64,000 bases of DNA from an uncultured virus (IMG/VR IMGVR_UViG_3300021958_000051) (Duplodnaviria; Heunggongvirae; Uroviricota; Caudoviricetes). The position numbers were made by a program, and so were the translations under genes. Below, piece after piece: positions 38,101-46,397 of this stretch. How positions within the stretch are numbered: the stretch's first letter is position 1; the number at the start of each line of letters is the position of its first letter. The stretch lies in IMG/VR virus record IMGVR_UViG_3300021958_000051, positions 1 through 64,000 of that record. One strand, 5' to 3'. Under the pieces are notes generated by a model. The model did not search any database and was not told where the DNA came from. It worked only from the letters and a program-made list of their open reading frames with translations.

Positions 38101-38533
38101 ATTAAATCGATCAAACCTTGATGATTTGTATGATGCAGATATTAATCCGATCACTTCTTTTCCTGGTACTAATGTTATTATATGGGGACAAAAAACATTA
38201 CTCTCGAATGATTCTGCATTGGACAGAGTTAATGTTAGAAGATTACTTATAAGTGTTAGAAGATCAATTAGAACTATTGCTAATTCTCTCTTGTTTGAAC
38301 CAAATAGAGAATCAACATTGAGTAAATTTAGTGCTTTAGTTGAGCCGGTTCTTCAAAATGTTCAAGAAAGAAATGGTGTTTCAAGATATAAGGTGGTAAT
38401 TGATTCTACTACTACAACACAAGCTGATATTGAAAATAATACAATAAGAGGCAAAATATATCTTCAACCTACAAGAACAGTTGAGTTTGTTGCTTTAGAT
38501 TTTGTTGTTACAAATTCTGGTGCAGAAATTTAA
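35126..38533 (+). CDS. gp18: tail sheath protein 2 (gp18-like paralog)
   Basis: FKSAGVSTREID, GPAFVP, WNAPAGKSRG, DINPI, WGQKTL and DRVNVRRLL. Confidence 0.93.
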   Translation: MAELTFKSAGVSTREIDLSQPSVSSPSGVPAGVIGTANQGPAFVPITVGNFNDFTTLFGATDGAKFGPLAVNEWLKNAGSATFVRVLGAGNGQQRNTTTGIVTNAGYFVGDRNLQLNGTIGNNPYANSGAGAVKGRTYFLGCFMSESNGSTIFSDAGIQVNNAFASTTLTIGNDTTSTNLLAENDTLTLIDATGTSKTFEFLDNGSSATGDNIAVESAAAVTADTGVTLATTLSTVISSNLSISVDRTDNVLTLTQNIFGPIGNTSYSDSVAGEDNLTGSNFSGGAGGAAPILRGVLLAPSGVILHLSGNSAANGSDAPGTSDTAASAAGVIMGREGSLTGSIDLRSGKEEFVMLLNGHKNTSAYPNVLTASFDPIAPNYLTRVLNTDPLKLEKAGHLLYNHYPLHGNVATITGSGVVSAGHFSKGSALGNHEDIAFLLSSSLGRAAATDGSIPDYEDFQDRFSHAETPYVISQKFGNRPYNLFKIVALSAGAGFADDFKFSITNIVRSTSNVNKFGKFDLLVRKGGDNDDEQVVLESFRGLDLDPDSVNYIGRRIGDQYAKFDFDTSLDSQKIVVEGTHPVLSRYIRVQIHPDVANRNIPDESLPVGYRGPKHLVTSGSLLSGESDGLYSSTDLLQRIIEPPVPYRENITLGTGINKKVNSNLFWGAQSTLKINATQPNLITTNDALASLTPVTQNYQVHFPTHRKDTTAVFVGDNEGAANVNGSVLDADLFNYNKFSLENIQVRTGSNSDATQTAADSEYWVSASYVRDGVIAVNATNKTRAFKVEDLDVVANRKFAKFTFFAQGGFDGVNIFNQEKANLSNNAAKYEIDDSTNQGGTSGPTIAAYRKAVDIMGSTSDTNIQLLAIPGIRNSVITDYAISAVENRFDCLYLMDIEERDQVNSVITSSVQTPHVKNTINSFKDRNLNTSFAAAYFPDVTITDPGTNTFVSVPPSVAVLGGYSFNDKVSAPWNAPAGKSRGALNAVETTSVKLNRSNLDDLYDADINPITSFPGTNVIIWGQKTLLSNDSALDRVNVRRLLISVRRSIRTIANSLLFEPNRESTLSKFSALVEPVLQNVQERNGVSRYKVVIDSTTTTQADIENNTIRGKIYLQPTRTVEFVALDFVVTNSGAEI

Positions 38534-38573
38534 AATAAGATATATATATTTATAAACTGATAAGGAGATAGAA

Positions 38574-39065
38574 ATGGCAGAAACGCTTTCAGTAACAGAC
38601 TTACTTCCCAATAAATTCGAACCAAAAAGACAGTATCGATGGGTTCTTGCAATTGAAGGAATTGACAGCTTTTTAATTAAATCAGCAGCTAGACCTAGTA
38701 TTACTTTAGCTCAAGAAGAAATTAAGTATATTAACAGCTATAGAAAAATTGGCGGAAGAGTAACGTTTGGTAATATGTCTGTTACACTTCATGATCCAAT
38801 TGCTCCATCTGGGGCACAGCAAGTAATGGAATGGGTAAGAACTCATTACGAATCTGTTTCAGGACGTGCAGGTTATGTTGACTTTTACAAAAGAGATATA
38901 CAGATAAAAATGCTTGATCCAGTAGGAACTGTTATAGAATTATGGGATATTAAAGGTGCATTCTTGTCTAATGCTAATTTTAATCAACTCACCTATACGG
39001 GTGGTGAAACTCCAATGGAGATATCTTTGACAATTGAATTTGACAATTGTGTATTGCAATTCTAA
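38574..39065 (+). CDS. gp19: tail tube protein (gp19-like)
   Basis: 163 aa after the sheaths; FEPKRQYRW, QVMEW, YKRDIQI..LDPVG..IE.W.IKGAF. Confidence 0.88.
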   Translation: MAETLSVTDLLPNKFEPKRQYRWVLAIEGIDSFLIKSAARPSITLAQEEIKYINSYRKIGGRVTFGNMSVTLHDPIAPSGAQQVMEWVRTHYESVSGRAGYVDFYKRDIQIKMLDPVGTVIELWDIKGAFLSNANFNQLTYTGGETPMEISLTIEFDNCVLQF

Positions 39066-39082
39066 AATAATTTTTAAAATAT

Positions 39083-39111
39083 TTTACAGACAATATGTAA
39101 TTCCATACAAT
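39083..39111 (+). promoter_or_regulatory. sigma70-like promoter
   Basis: TTTACA (39083-39088), 17 nt, TACAAT (39106-39111). Confidence 0.35.
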
Positions 39112-39140
39112 TAGTATGGAATTTTTTTTATGGAGAATTA

Positions 39141-39968
39141 ATGTCGTCAGATGTTCTAAACACAGAAGTAGCACAGCATGTAATGAAAAACAATATCATG
39201 AAAGATGATTTTGGATGGGAAGTACCTGTTGAATCTGTTCCTTTACCTTCAAAGGGAGTTATATATTCACCTAATTCTATTTTGCATGGTAAAGAAACTC
39301 TTCAAATAAAAGCAATGACTGCGCAAGAAGAAGATATTCTTATGTCTCCTGCTTTAGCTAAGGATGGGAGTACAATTATTCATTTAATTAAGTCATGTTT
39401 AATTGATAAATCAATTGATGTAAATGAATTAATAGCAGGTGATAGAAATGCTTTAATGATATCAATACGCGTAACAGGATATGGTACACATTATCCGATC
39501 AATATTAATTGTGAAAACTGCAGTAAATTAAATGAAGTTGATGTTGATTTATCTACATTGGAAATTAAAAGACTTAATATTTCACCTATTGAAATAGGGA
39601 AAAATGAGTTTAGTTTCGATTTGCCTGTGATGAAAAAGCAAGTTATTTTTAAGTATTTAAACGCAAATGATGATAAAAATAGGCAGGCAAAAGTTGATTT
39701 TATTGAAAAGCACTCACAAGGTTTAAGAACCAATAACGTAACTTCATTTTTAGAAGAATCAATTGTATCTATTGATGGTATTAAAGACAAAAACAAAATT
39801 GTTCATTTTGTTAAAAACATGCCAGCATTTGATTCAAAGTCTTTGAGAAAATATATCAATGAAAATGCGCCAGGCATTAACATGAAGCAAGAGTGCACTT
39901 GTAGTTATTGCGGTCATAAAAACGAATTTAATCTTCCAATTAATTCTAATTTTTTTTGGCCTAGATAG
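39141..39968 (+). CDS. baseplate hub assembly / tail assembly chaperone (gp26-like)
   Basis: LPSKG, MTAQEEDIL, GDRNALMISIR..GYG, CENC and CSYC Zn pairs, terminal FFWP; lies between tube and tape measure. Confidence 0.8.
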   Translation: MSSDVLNTEVAQHVMKNNIMKDDFGWEVPVESVPLPSKGVIYSPNSILHGKETLQIKAMTAQEEDILMSPALAKDGSTIIHLIKSCLIDKSIDVNELIAGDRNALMISIRVTGYGTHYPININCENCSKLNEVDVDLSTLEIKRLNISPIEIGKNEFSFDLPVMKKQVIFKYLNANDDKNRQAKVDFIEKHSQGLRTNNVTSFLEESIVSIDGIKDKNKIVHFVKNMPAFDSKSLRKYINENAPGINMKQECTCSYCGHKNEFNLPINSNFFWPR

Positions 39969-40221
39969 TAGTTTTAAAGAATTACAACTTGAACAAATTT
40001 ATATTTTAGTTAAGCATCTTGGTTTTAATTATAGAGACGCAAGATGTTTAAACGTAGCATATCGGAAATGGTTTATTGATAGATATGTAAAAGAATTAAA
40101 AGAGATAAATGAAAAAAGATCCGGCGGCAGCGACGTTAATCAAGATGTAAATAATGACAATATAAGCAACTTGCGCCAATACGAATCATTATTAAATAAA
40201 AAATTCTCAAATGATATTTAG
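39958..40221 (+). CDS. start-less frameshift extension of the gp26-like chaperone (gp51/GT-like)
   Basis: 87 sense codons GLDSSFKELQLEQIYILVKHLGFNYRDARCLNVAYRKWFIDRYVKE... in the +1 frame; no usable start codon; begins at the T8 run 39950-39957. Confidence 0.7.
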   Translation, partial: GLDSSFKELQLEQIYILVKHLGFNYRDARCLNVAYRKWFIDRYVKELKEINEKRSGGSDVNQDVNNDNISNLRQYESLLNKKFSNDI

Positions 40222-40258
40222 TAATATATTATTTGTATTTATCAAGAGGTTTTAAGAT

Positions 40259-42379
40259 ATGTCTCCACCTGACGTTAATTTATCATCTGAGTCAATTGAC
40301 AAATTAGTTACCGCGATGATGGGCAGGCAACAATCTTTCAATAACGTAAATACTTCAGACCCTTCTAGTGCTTTTACCGGTGGTAATGTTAGATCTGGAA
40401 GAACTGACCAAGAAAGTTTAGCATTAAGTGCAACTTATTTTTCAGGTCTTGCAGGTAAAATGGAAACAGCAACTGACACATATCTTAAGGGTATCAATGA
40501 TATGTTTATGGGTCACGCTAAAAACTATGAAATGATTAATGAATCAATTGGCGGGTACTTAGATCATTCAAAATTAGCAGAATCATCAGCAACAACAATG
40601 AAACAGTATGTTGAAAGATATGATCAAATGATCGATGCATACGGTACTTCTACTGATGAATTTGTAAAATTGCAAAAAGATGCAGGTGTTGAAATAACTG
40701 CTGAACAAGAAGCTCGTATGGGTGAAGTAGGAACCGATTTTATAACAAAATACTTTAAAAGTGGAGAAGCGGCCGCTAAAGTCCAGAACGAAGTATTGAA
40801 TGAATTAGTAACGCAAAATGCGCAAGCCATTAATGATATGGATGAATTTTCAAGAATGGAGCTAGCTTTAATTAATAGAAATACAGGTATTGGCGCCAAG
40901 CGAATAGCTCAAATCATGGAAAACGAGTTAGTCAGAACAGGTGAGGCAACTAACAATGCAATGTTTAAGGTTGCTGGCTTTTCTAAAAAAATGTCAGAAG
41001 AAACTGGTTTGTCTCTAAAATTAATTCAGGACTCTACAACGCGTGTAATGGAAAATATTCAACAATTTGGCCATGTCACAGAAGAAGAAGCAACAAGAAT
41101 ATCAGTTCAAATACAACAGTTAGGAATGAAATTCGAGACTTTTGAAGGTTTGACTCAAAAATTTCAAGATTTTGATACAGCTGCTAGTGCAATGGGAGAC
41201 ATATCTCAATTGACAGGAGGCGCTGTACAATTTGATGCACAAGAAATGGCATATCTTGCTAGTGAAGATCAAGATGAATTTTTAAGAGTATTAAGGGGTA
41301 GCTTTCTCGAGTCTGGATTTGACAAAGATCAATTTCTTGATATGACTAATGCTGAGCAACGCGCAATTGCTGAATCTATGGGAATGCAAAGAAATGAATT
41401 CGCGATGTTAATTGATCGTGAAAGAGATATATCTTCAAAAGAACAATTAGATCAGATTATGAAAGAAGCAACTGAAGAAGGTTTAACGACTGAAAAAGGT
41501 GCTATGGAGGTGATTAAAGAACAGAAAAAAGCACTGGATAATTCTATTAAATCCTCACAAGAGCTAATGGATGCTGCAAGAAAAAGAGAAATGGACAGAA
41601 ATAGAAAATTTTCTACTGAAACTATAGAAAACATGGTTGATTTTAGAAAAAATGCTTTAATAGCTTTAGATGTTCCTGAAATAGCTGAGTCCATAAATAA
41701 AAGTATTGCTGGTGCCATGAAAAGCTCGTCAACAGTTTTAAAAGACGTAACAGAAAAAATTATCGACAAAGGTGGAATTATTAAAGGAATTGAGTCCATA
41801 GGTACAGATTTAATGCAGCCAATGTTCGACGTATTTAAAGGTGGAGGTGAATCAGCAGTTTCCGGCATGAAAGAAGGGTCAGTAGAATTACAGCCAAGTT
41901 CATTACCACCTTTATTTCAAAAAGTAGTAGATGAAACAGGAAAGTATTTAGGGCCTGGTTTTTATGACGTATTTAAAGTAGCCGGCGAAATGTCAGCAAA
42001 AGGAATGACAGATGGTTTAGGTGATATGGGTATTGATCCATTAACAGTTTTAAAAGGTGTTAAGGCTATTAAAGACATAAAGACAAAACCAATGATGTTG
42101 CAAAATAATATTGATAGAGTTTTAACAGCTTTAGAAGAGGTTAAAAAACAAGATATAGAAAAGTATGGAGCTGCAATTGAACAATTGACAGAAAATATAA
42201 AAATTATTAATGAAACCACAGGTAAGTTAAGTGATAATCAGACTAGTTTGTTGGAAATGTTAGGTAAGGGAAAAGAAATTGTATTAAATATTGATGGCAA
42301 AAAAGTAGGTGAAGCAATACTTGATCGGTCTCCTGATATAGAAAATATTGCTGGAATTAAATTTGTGACAGAGGGATAG
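40259..42379 (+). CDS. tape measure protein
   Basis: Helical A/M/E-rich 706 aa protein after the chaperone; C-terminal IVLNIDGKKVG. Confidence 0.75.
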   Translation: MSPPDVNLSSESIDKLVTAMMGRQQSFNNVNTSDPSSAFTGGNVRSGRTDQESLALSATYFSGLAGKMETATDTYLKGINDMFMGHAKNYEMINESIGGYLDHSKLAESSATTMKQYVERYDQMIDAYGTSTDEFVKLQKDAGVEITAEQEARMGEVGTDFITKYFKSGEAAAKVQNEVLNELVTQNAQAINDMDEFSRMELALINRNTGIGAKRIAQIMENELVRTGEATNNAMFKVAGFSKKMSEETGLSLKLIQDSTTRVMENIQQFGHVTEEEATRISVQIQQLGMKFETFEGLTQKFQDFDTAASAMGDISQLTGGAVQFDAQEMAYLASEDQDEFLRVLRGSFLESGFDKDQFLDMTNAEQRAIAESMGMQRNEFAMLIDRERDISSKEQLDQIMKEATEEGLTTEKGAMEVIKEQKKALDNSIKSSQELMDAARKREMDRNRKFSTETIENMVDFRKNALIALDVPEIAESINKSIAGAMKSSSTVLKDVTEKIIDKGGIIKGIESIGTDLMQPMFDVFKGGGESAVSGMKEGSVELQPSSLPPLFQKVVDETGKYLGPGFYDVFKVAGEMSAKGMTDGLGDMGIDPLTVLKGVKAIKDIKTKPMMLQNNIDRVLTALEEVKKQDIEKYGAAIEQLTENIKIINETTGKLSDNQTSLLEMLGKGKEIVLNIDGKKVGEAILDRSPDIENIAGIKFVTEG

Positions 42380-42380
42380 A

Positions 42381-42596
42381 ATGAGTAAGTTATTAGATGA
42401 ATCTTATAAATCTTTAAAAAACTTTACAAAAAATAATGATATGACAGATTCTGAATTAAAAGAACTTGATGAATTTATCAAATTAATCGATCAAAAGCTA
42501 ATAGAGATTAATTCTAAAAAAGATAAAAATTTTATTGTAAACTTAGGAAAAGCTTTTAAATATTTAATAGAGAGAGAGGATAAAGATGACAACTAG
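42381..42596 (+). CDS. small hypothetical protein
   Basis: Tightly packed between the tape measure and baseplate genes. Confidence 0.6.
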   Translation: MSKLLDESYKSLKNFTKNNDMTDSELKELDEFIKLIDQKLIEINSKKDKNFIVNLGKAFKYLIEREDKDDN

Positions 42597-45500
42597 AGAA
42601 ACATTAAAAAACTTTCTCAATAAACTAAATTTATCTTCTGATAAAATATCTTATCAAGTCAATCCTGCATCAGGAGATCCCAACGATACAGACTCATTAC
42701 TAGAAAGAGGATTATCTGACTTAGGCGCAGACCCAAATACTGGAAAAGAATTATTAAATTTTGAAAAAGAAGAAAGTTTACTCAATGATTATGTAAATTT
42801 TATAACAGATAGAAATGAATATTCTATCAACAAAGGAATTACACAAGGAATTGCACAAAAAAGAGGCGATAATTTATCATCAGATCATGGTGCAGAAACT
42901 TTTACAGATAATAATAGCGTATTAGAAGAGAGGTTAAGTAGTTATTCTAATTCAAAGTATTTTCAAAATTTATCAGAGATTGTCGATAAAACATCAAAGG
43001 AAAAAACAAATCACAATTTACTTAAGAATATACCTGGGAGTGATTTAAATGACTCTGGTGAAACTTTAATTCCTAATAACAGTGATAATATAGTTTTAAA
43101 TTCAGTTGATACTGTCTTGAAACAGAATAATCGTTTCGCTAGTGTTAAAACCGGTACTGCTTTTGCTCCTCGTGGTATAAATGAAGCAGATTTTGAAGGT
43201 GAATCTGAAAGTGGTAGTCATTTAATTCAAAATAAGTTTGGTACTTTTGATAAAAGAGAATTAAAATATGATATTGACATGCTTAAAAAAGTAGGATTAA
43301 GTATGTTATATAAATCTTCTGGTTATGATACAGGACAAATTCCTGGAGAAAGCATCGATCCTGAAAAACTGGAAGGTTCTGATGGTTATGGAGATATTGG
43401 AAATCAGACAGTTTTGCCAGACTTTATTTTAAATAATAGATTTGTCAAAAGAGACTTTAAAAGTGTAAGAGCTTTAAACTCAGAAAGTGCACCAAAAAAT
43501 AGTTCTGGTCGTCCTTTCAATGAAGATCCTGAAATTTTAGGTCAAGAAGAAGGAAACAATTCAAAAACTTTTGGTTCAGTTTACAATGATTCTGTACATT
43601 TTGACGGCAAAAATAGAAAAATTCTTATGATTAAAGCTTCAATTGCATGCAAATCTGTGATTAATATTGCAAAAGAATTTTATGAAGAAATTAAAGCTTC
43701 AATAACAACAACGCCAGACGAAACTAATCCGAGTTTTGCCAATTTAACTCAATCAAAAACAACTACTGGACCTTATTTTTTAGGAAGTTCAAGAGGGGTT
43801 CTGTCAGCCAATTTAGATTTAATTAGAAAATCATTAATTACTGCAACAAAACATGATTATACAAATTGTATAGATGCAGGAATTGAAGTAATGTTTGGTA
43901 ATCTAGAATCAGAAAATTTAGATAGTATCGTATTTAAACAGTCTCCAGGTCAGTTATTAGCAATTTGTTTATCAGCAATTAAGTCATATGAAAAAATGAT
44001 AGATTTAATTAATGAAAGAACTTTGAATCAACCTGAGAATATTGCATCATCTGTTATTGGAATTTTAAATACTTTAAAAGATAACAACCTTATTAAATTT
44101 TTAAATGTACTTGCTACAATTGGTGATCGAGCACTAATGGCTTCTGGTGGTAATAAAGACTTAAGCGTCAAACAATCTATTAGAAATGTAGATAGTTTAA
44201 GTGATGCTGCCGGTAATCGCCCTGGAAAACATAGAAAACGTAACGGGAGAACAATAACACAGGTTGCATGGAATCAAAACGAAACAATTAATTCCTATAT
44301 ATTACCTTTGAATATAGTAAGAGCTAGTGCAAAGTTATCACAAGGAAATAATTCTCCTAATCCTGTTAAATCCATGTTAGGTTCTGGACTTTATGAAAAT
44401 ACATATTTGTCTGTGAATAATGACGGAGCCGGCTCAAGAATACCAAATGAAGTAGTTAAAGAAATAGAAGATCGTCTAGACGCTGAATATGTTCCTTTTT
44501 ATATACAAGATTTAAGAACTAATGAAATCATATCTTTTCATGCTTTTTTATCATCTTTATCTGATACTATTACACCAAACTTTAACTCTACTCAAGGTTA
44601 TGGACGAATGGATCCAGTACAGATATACTCTGATACAAAAAGATCAATCACGGTTTCTTTTACTTTAATGGCGACTTCAAGAGAAGATTTTGATTTAATG
44701 TGGTATAAAATTAATAAATTAACAACATTAGTATATCCGCAATGGACACAAGGTACAAAAGTTTCTAATGGTGGCGATAATGTTTTTATTCAACCATTTA
44801 GTCAAGTTATTGGAGCATCACCATTGGTAAGATTAAGAGTAGGTGATGTTGTTAAATCAAACTATTCTAGGTTTAATTTGTCAAGAATATTTGGCATTGG
44901 TGATTCAAATATTACAACAAAACCTCAAGGTCAATCTTTATTATCACAAGGATTAGATTTTGTTGAAGATAATACACCGATTAATTTTGATGCAATCCAA
45001 GAAGCTGCAATTAAAACCCTAACATTGGCTTTTGGTTCTCCAGCACAATATTTAAATATAGGAAATGTTCAAGACACTGCATTGGATCAATTATCAGTTT
45101 TAAATTTTAACCTTGGAGCAGCTGCTCAGAAAACATTGTCAGCTGCTCAGGAAACATTGTTAACATTATTACACAATGGATTTGTTAATCCACTTTTGAT
45201 GACAGCAGTGATTAATAAAATAAGTACACCTAATCTAAGTATTGACAATTTAAACGAGGTAAATTTATTGGGTATCGGTAATGCGGCTGATATTGTAAAT
45301 GCCGCTTTGGAATCGTCAGGAGTATCTGATGCTTTAGATTTAATTGGGTCGACTTTTCAAAAGCCAGTGGTGAAAGCAAATACAAATCAAGGATATAGGA
45401 CACCAGATCAAAGAATAATTTATCTTTCAAAAAATACAACAATTAAAATTTTAGAAGATAGTAATACATCTGGAGAAAACCAAAAAATATTCAAAGCTCT

Positions 45501-46092
45501 AATATCAGATTCAAATTCTGATTTAGATGGAGAAGAAATATTTCTTCAATTTTCAGATTTATATTTTAGTCCTGATTATTTATTTAGAGCATCTGGTGTC
45601 GGTAATTTATTTTTTGCAGCAGAAGGAATAGAATCTTTTGCTGACGAAGGTGTTGACATACTTCAAGAAAACAATGCTAAATATGGTGCAACTCCAGGAT
45701 TAGCAGATTTAGCAAAAAATCTTTATAAGAAAGACGAAGTAATGTTTATGGAACCAAAAGAAAATCCATTTACACGTGCTTATGAAACAACAGCAGGAAG
45801 AGGTTTAGCAGGAACTTTAGGAGGATTAACATTTGACTGGGGGAATGGAGATACTTTTACATGGGAAATCGATCATAATGCACGTGCTCCAAAAGGTGTA
45901 AAGATTACTTTTAATCTGGCAGTCATACATGATATTCCACCTGGAATGGATCATAGCGGATATAATCGTGCACCTCTTTATAATGTTGGTGAAATAATGA
46001 AACATGTCGCCGGCGATCCTTATTCAGATGGAGCTGCTATGAGCAGATTTAGGTACGAGTCGGCAAGAAAAGACAAAAAATCTGGAGAATAA
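42586..46092 (+). CDS. large baseplate/tail-tube initiator-like structural protein
   Basis: Tube-fold-like segment FHAFLSSLSDT...GYGRMDPVQIYSDTKRSITVSF...LVYPQ...PLVRLRVGD; synteny after the tape measure gene. Confidence 0.6.
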   Translation: MTTRETLKNFLNKLNLSSDKISYQVNPASGDPNDTDSLLERGLSDLGADPNTGKELLNFEKEESLLNDYVNFITDRNEYSINKGITQGIAQKRGDNLSSDHGAETFTDNNSVLEERLSSYSNSKYFQNLSEIVDKTSKEKTNHNLLKNIPGSDLNDSGETLIPNNSDNIVLNSVDTVLKQNNRFASVKTGTAFAPRGINEADFEGESESGSHLIQNKFGTFDKRELKYDIDMLKKVGLSMLYKSSGYDTGQIPGESIDPEKLEGSDGYGDIGNQTVLPDFILNNRFVKRDFKSVRALNSESAPKNSSGRPFNEDPEILGQEEGNNSKTFGSVYNDSVHFDGKNRKILMIKASIACKSVINIAKEFYEEIKASITTTPDETNPSFANLTQSKTTTGPYFLGSSRGVLSANLDLIRKSLITATKHDYTNCIDAGIEVMFGNLESENLDSIVFKQSPGQLLAICLSAIKSYEKMIDLINERTLNQPENIASSVIGILNTLKDNNLIKFLNVLATIGDRALMASGGNKDLSVKQSIRNVDSLSDAAGNRPGKHRKRNGRTITQVAWNQNETINSYILPLNIVRASAKLSQGNNSPNPVKSMLGSGLYENTYLSVNNDGAGSRIPNEVVKEIEDRLDAEYVPFYIQDLRTNEIISFHAFLSSLSDTITPNFNSTQGYGRMDPVQIYSDTKRSITVSFTLMATSREDFDLMWYKINKLTTLVYPQWTQGTKVSNGGDNVFIQPFSQVIGASPLVRLRVGDVVKSNYSRFNLSRIFGIGDSNITTKPQGQSLLSQGLDFVEDNTPINFDAIQEAAIKTLTLAFGSPAQYLNIGNVQDTALDQLSVLNFNLGAAAQKTLSAAQETLLTLLHNGFVNPLLMTAVINKISTPNLSIDNLNEVNLLGIGNAADIVNAALESSGVSDALDLIGSTFQKPVVKANTNQGYRTPDQRIIYLSKNTTIKILEDSNTSGENQKIFKALISDSNSDLDGEEIFLQFSDLYFSPDYLFRASGVGNLFFAAEGIESFADEGVDILQENNAKYGATPGLADLAKNLYKKDEVMFMEPKENPFTRAYETTAGRGLAGTLGGLTFDWGNGDTFTWEIDHNARAPKGVKITFNLAVIHDIPPGMDHSGYNRAPLYNVGEIMKHVAGDPYSDGAAMSRFRYESARKDKKSGE
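45119..45160 (+). repeat. 21-bp in-frame tandem duplication
   Basis: CAGCTGCTCAGAAAACATTGT / CAGCTGCTCAGGAAACATTGT (1 mismatch), encoding AAQKTLS AAQETLL. Confidence 0.8.
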
Positions 46093-46094
46093 AT

Positions 46095-46397
46095 ATGGGA
46101 CTTTCAAGATACTCATTTTCAAAAAAAATTACCTTTAATGGTAAAACAATTTATGGAACAAACAGATTAAGTGCAAACATTTATAATGCTGTAGAAAATA
46201 ATTCAATTTCTTTTCAAACTTATACTTTAACTGAAGGTGAAAGATTAGATGTTATTGCTGGTAAGTTTTACGGAGATGCAAGTTATTGGTGGATAATTGC
46301 CGCGGCATCTGGTATCGGCTGGCCGCTTCAAGTTCCTCCCGGTACTTTTTTAAGAATTCCGCAAAATTTAAATGATGTATTTGGATTAATTTTATGA
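46095..46397 (+). CDS. LysM-like baseplate wedge protein (gp53/tail X-like)
   Basis: EGERLDVIAGKFYGDASYWWIIAAAS...PPGTFLRIP. Confidence 0.85.
   Translation: MGLSRYSFSKKITFNGKTIYGTNRLSANIYNAVENNSISFQTYTLTEGERLDVIAGKFYGDASYWWIIAAASGIGWPLQVPPGTFLRIPQNLNDVFGLIL

Noticed and set aside
39966..39977. TAG readthrough of the gp26-like gene
   Set aside because: The frame continues TAG TAG TTT TAA; the coding continuation is in the +1 frame instead.
45119..45160. 21-bp tandem duplication as a functional repeat system
   Set aside because: Only two copies, in-frame within a variable region; most simply a local slippage event.
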